From the IMG/VR virus record IMGVR_UViG_3300045988_076837, positions 1 to 20,716 of that record: a stretch of 20,716 bases of DNA. The stretch is one strand, 5' to 3'. The notes beneath the pieces were generated by a model that saw nothing but the letters and a program-made list of their open reading frames with translations, was not told where the DNA came from and made no database searches. A program made the translations under genes and the position numbers. Source of the DNA: a virus (lineage: Duplodnaviria > Heunggongvirae > Uroviricota > Caudoviricetes). This document shows, piece after piece, positions 18,739-20,716 of this stretch. Position 1 is the first letter of the stretch, and the number at the start of each line of letters is the position of its first letter.

Positions 18739-18890
18739 CGTTTCCGAAAAATCTCTCGGTCGATGACCTGATGGCGGATGTGGCAGTGATATTTCACTGG
18801 CCGCCATCAGAACTGTATCCCATGAGCCTGACCGAACTCATCACATGGCGTGAAAAGGCGCTCCGGCGAAGCGGAAACACGAATGAGTAA
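18463..18890 (+). CDS. E': Tail assembly chaperone frameshift product E+E' (programmed -1 frameshift at TTTTTTG, 18711-18717)
   Basis: The slippery heptamer T_TTT_TTG lies in the E frame at 18711-18717. The -1 frame is open from there to the TAA at 18888-18890, and its end overlaps the T start at 18884. This is the arrangement described for P2 E/E' and the lambda G/GT analogues. Confidence 0.7.
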
Positions 18891-20716
18891 CAATGTAAAA
18901 TTACAGGTATTGCTCAGGGCTGTTGACCAGGCATCCCGCCCGTTTAAATCCATCCGCACAGCGAGTAAGTCGCTGTCGGGGGATATCCGGGAAACACAAA
19001 AATCACTGCGCGAGCTGAACGGTCACGCATCCCGTATTGAGGGATTTCGCAAGACCAGCGCACAGCTCGCCGTGACTGGTCATGCACTTGAAAAGGCACG
19101 GCAGGAAGCCGAAGCCCTTGCCACACAGTTTAAAAACACTGAACGTCCGACCCGTGCTCAGGCGAAAGTGCTGGAATCCGCAAAGCGTGCGGCGGAGGAC
19201 TTACAGGCGAAATATAACCGCCTGACGGATTCTGTTAAACGCCAGCAGCGGGAACTGGCCGCTGTGGGAATTAATACCCGCAATCTTGCACATGATGAGC
19301 AGGGACTGAAAAACCGTATCAGTGAAACCACCGCACAGCTTAACCGTCAGCGCGACGCGCTGGCGCGTGTCAGTGCGCAACAGGCAAAACTTAACGCAGT
19401 AAAACAGCGTTATCAGGCAGGAAAGGAACTGGCCGGAAATATGGCCTCGGTGGGCGCTGCCGGTGTGGGGATTGCGGCGGCGGGAACGATGGCCGGAGTT
19501 AAGCTGCTTATGCCCGGTTATGAGTTTGCGCAGAAAAACTCAGAATTGCAGGCCGTGCTCGGAGTGGCAAAAGACTCCGCCGAAATGACCGCACTACGCA
19601 AACAGGCGCGCCAGCTCGGCGACAATACCGCCGCCTCGGCGGATGATGCGGCCGGTGCACAGATAATCATCGCGAAAGCGGGTGGGGATGTTGATGCCAT
19701 TCAGGCGGCAACGCCGGTCACGCTGAATATGGCGCTGGCGAACCGCCGCACGATGGAAGAAAACGCCGCCCTGCTGATGGGGATGAAATCCGCCTTTCAG
19801 CTTTCAAACGATAAGGTCGCTCATATCGGGGATGTTCTCTCCATGACGATGAACAAAACCGCCGCCGATTTTGACGGCATGAGCGATGCGCTGACCTATG
19901 CCGCACCTGTGGCAAAAAATGCCGGTGTCAGCATTGAAGAAACCGCCGCAATGGTCGGGGCGCTGCATGATGCAAAAATCACAGGCTCAATGGCGGGGAC
20001 GGGAAGCCGTGCCGTGTTAAGCCGCCTGCAGGCACCGACGGGAAAAGCATGGGATGCACTCAAAGAGCTTGGAGTGAAAACCTCAGACAGCAAGGGAAAC
20101 ACCCGGCCAATATTTACCATTCTGAAAGAAATGCAGGCCAGTTTTGAGAAAAACCGGCTCGGTACTGCCCAGCAGGCTGAATACATGAAAACTATTTTCG
20201 GGGAGGAGGCCAGCTCAGCCGCCGCCGTGCTGATGACTGCCGCCTCAACCGGAAAGCTGGACAAACTGACCGCTGCGTTTAAAGCCTCAGACGGGAAGAC
20301 CGCCGAGCTGGTAAATATCATGCAGGACAACCTCGGCGGTGACTTTAAAGAGTTTCAGTCCGCTTATGAGGCAGTGGGGACTGACCTGTTTGACCAGCAG
20401 GAAGGCGCGCTGCGTAAGCTCACGCAGACGGCCACAAAGTATATGTTAAAACTCGACGGCTGGATCCAGAAAAACAAATCACTGGCGTCAACCATCGGCA
20501 TCATTGCCGGTGGCGCGCTGGCGCTGACTGGCATCATCGGTGCCATTGGCCTCGTAGCCTGGCCGGTTATCACCGGCATCAATGCCATCATCGCGGCAGC
20601 AGGCGCAATGGGGGCAGTCTTCACGACGGTTGGCAGTGCTGTTATGACCGCCATCGGGGCTATTAGCTGGCCGGTTGTGGCCGTGGTGGCCGCCATTGTC
20701 GCCGGGGCGTTGCTTA
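18884..20716 (+). CDS. T: Tail tape measure protein (P2 gpT-like), 3'-truncated by the window end
   Basis: ATG at 18884 (MSNNVKLQVLLRAVDQASRPFKSIRT...) opens a frame with no stop through 20716, which is 611 codons. It is Ala/Gln-rich and coiled-coil-like, with a hydrophobic Gly/Ala-rich segment near the end. It is missing from the ORF track, presumably because it has no stop inside the window. Confidence 0.9.

Noticed and set aside
18944-20696. Minus-strand ORFs 18944-19126, 19518-19700, 19718-19915, 19896-20330 and 20364-20696
   Set aside because: They are antisense to the uninterrupted plus-strand tape-measure frame (18884-20716) and have Ala/Ser-rich translations expected from the reverse complement of an Ala-rich gene.
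1-20716. tRNA, rRNA or attachment-site features
   Set aside because: No cloverleaf-like or rRNA-like segments were evident on inspection, and the integrase/att region of P2-like phages lies outside this late-gene window.

Overview
The window is the late (structural, lysis and tail) region of a P2-like (Peduovirus-type) temperate phage or prophage of an enterobacterium. Gene order is fully collinear with phage P2: cos, Q and P (minus strand), then O-N-M-L-X-Y-K-lysA-lysB/lysC-R-S-V-W-J-I-H-G, a cargo island, then FI-FII-E/E'-T (plus strand). Assignments rest on my recognition of the translated ORFs and on synteny, not on a database search. The main point of interest is an AT-rich, single-gene island (about 15071-16684) inserted between the tail-fiber assembly gene G and the sheath gene FI. 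This is the position P2 uses for Z/fun, a known hotspot for anti-phage cargo in P2-like prophages. The island encodes a 321-aa protein I cannot assign to any family. It has its own leader with repeated motifs and its own terminator, so it is the best candidate for an undescribed defence or exclusion function. Other notable points are a mosaic, lengthened tail-fiber gene H with three internal tandem repeats and a His-x-His C-terminal tip, a conserved -1 frameshift site for E/E', a cos-like sequence at the left edge, and a tape-measure gene that is absent from the supplied ORF track because it runs off the window end.
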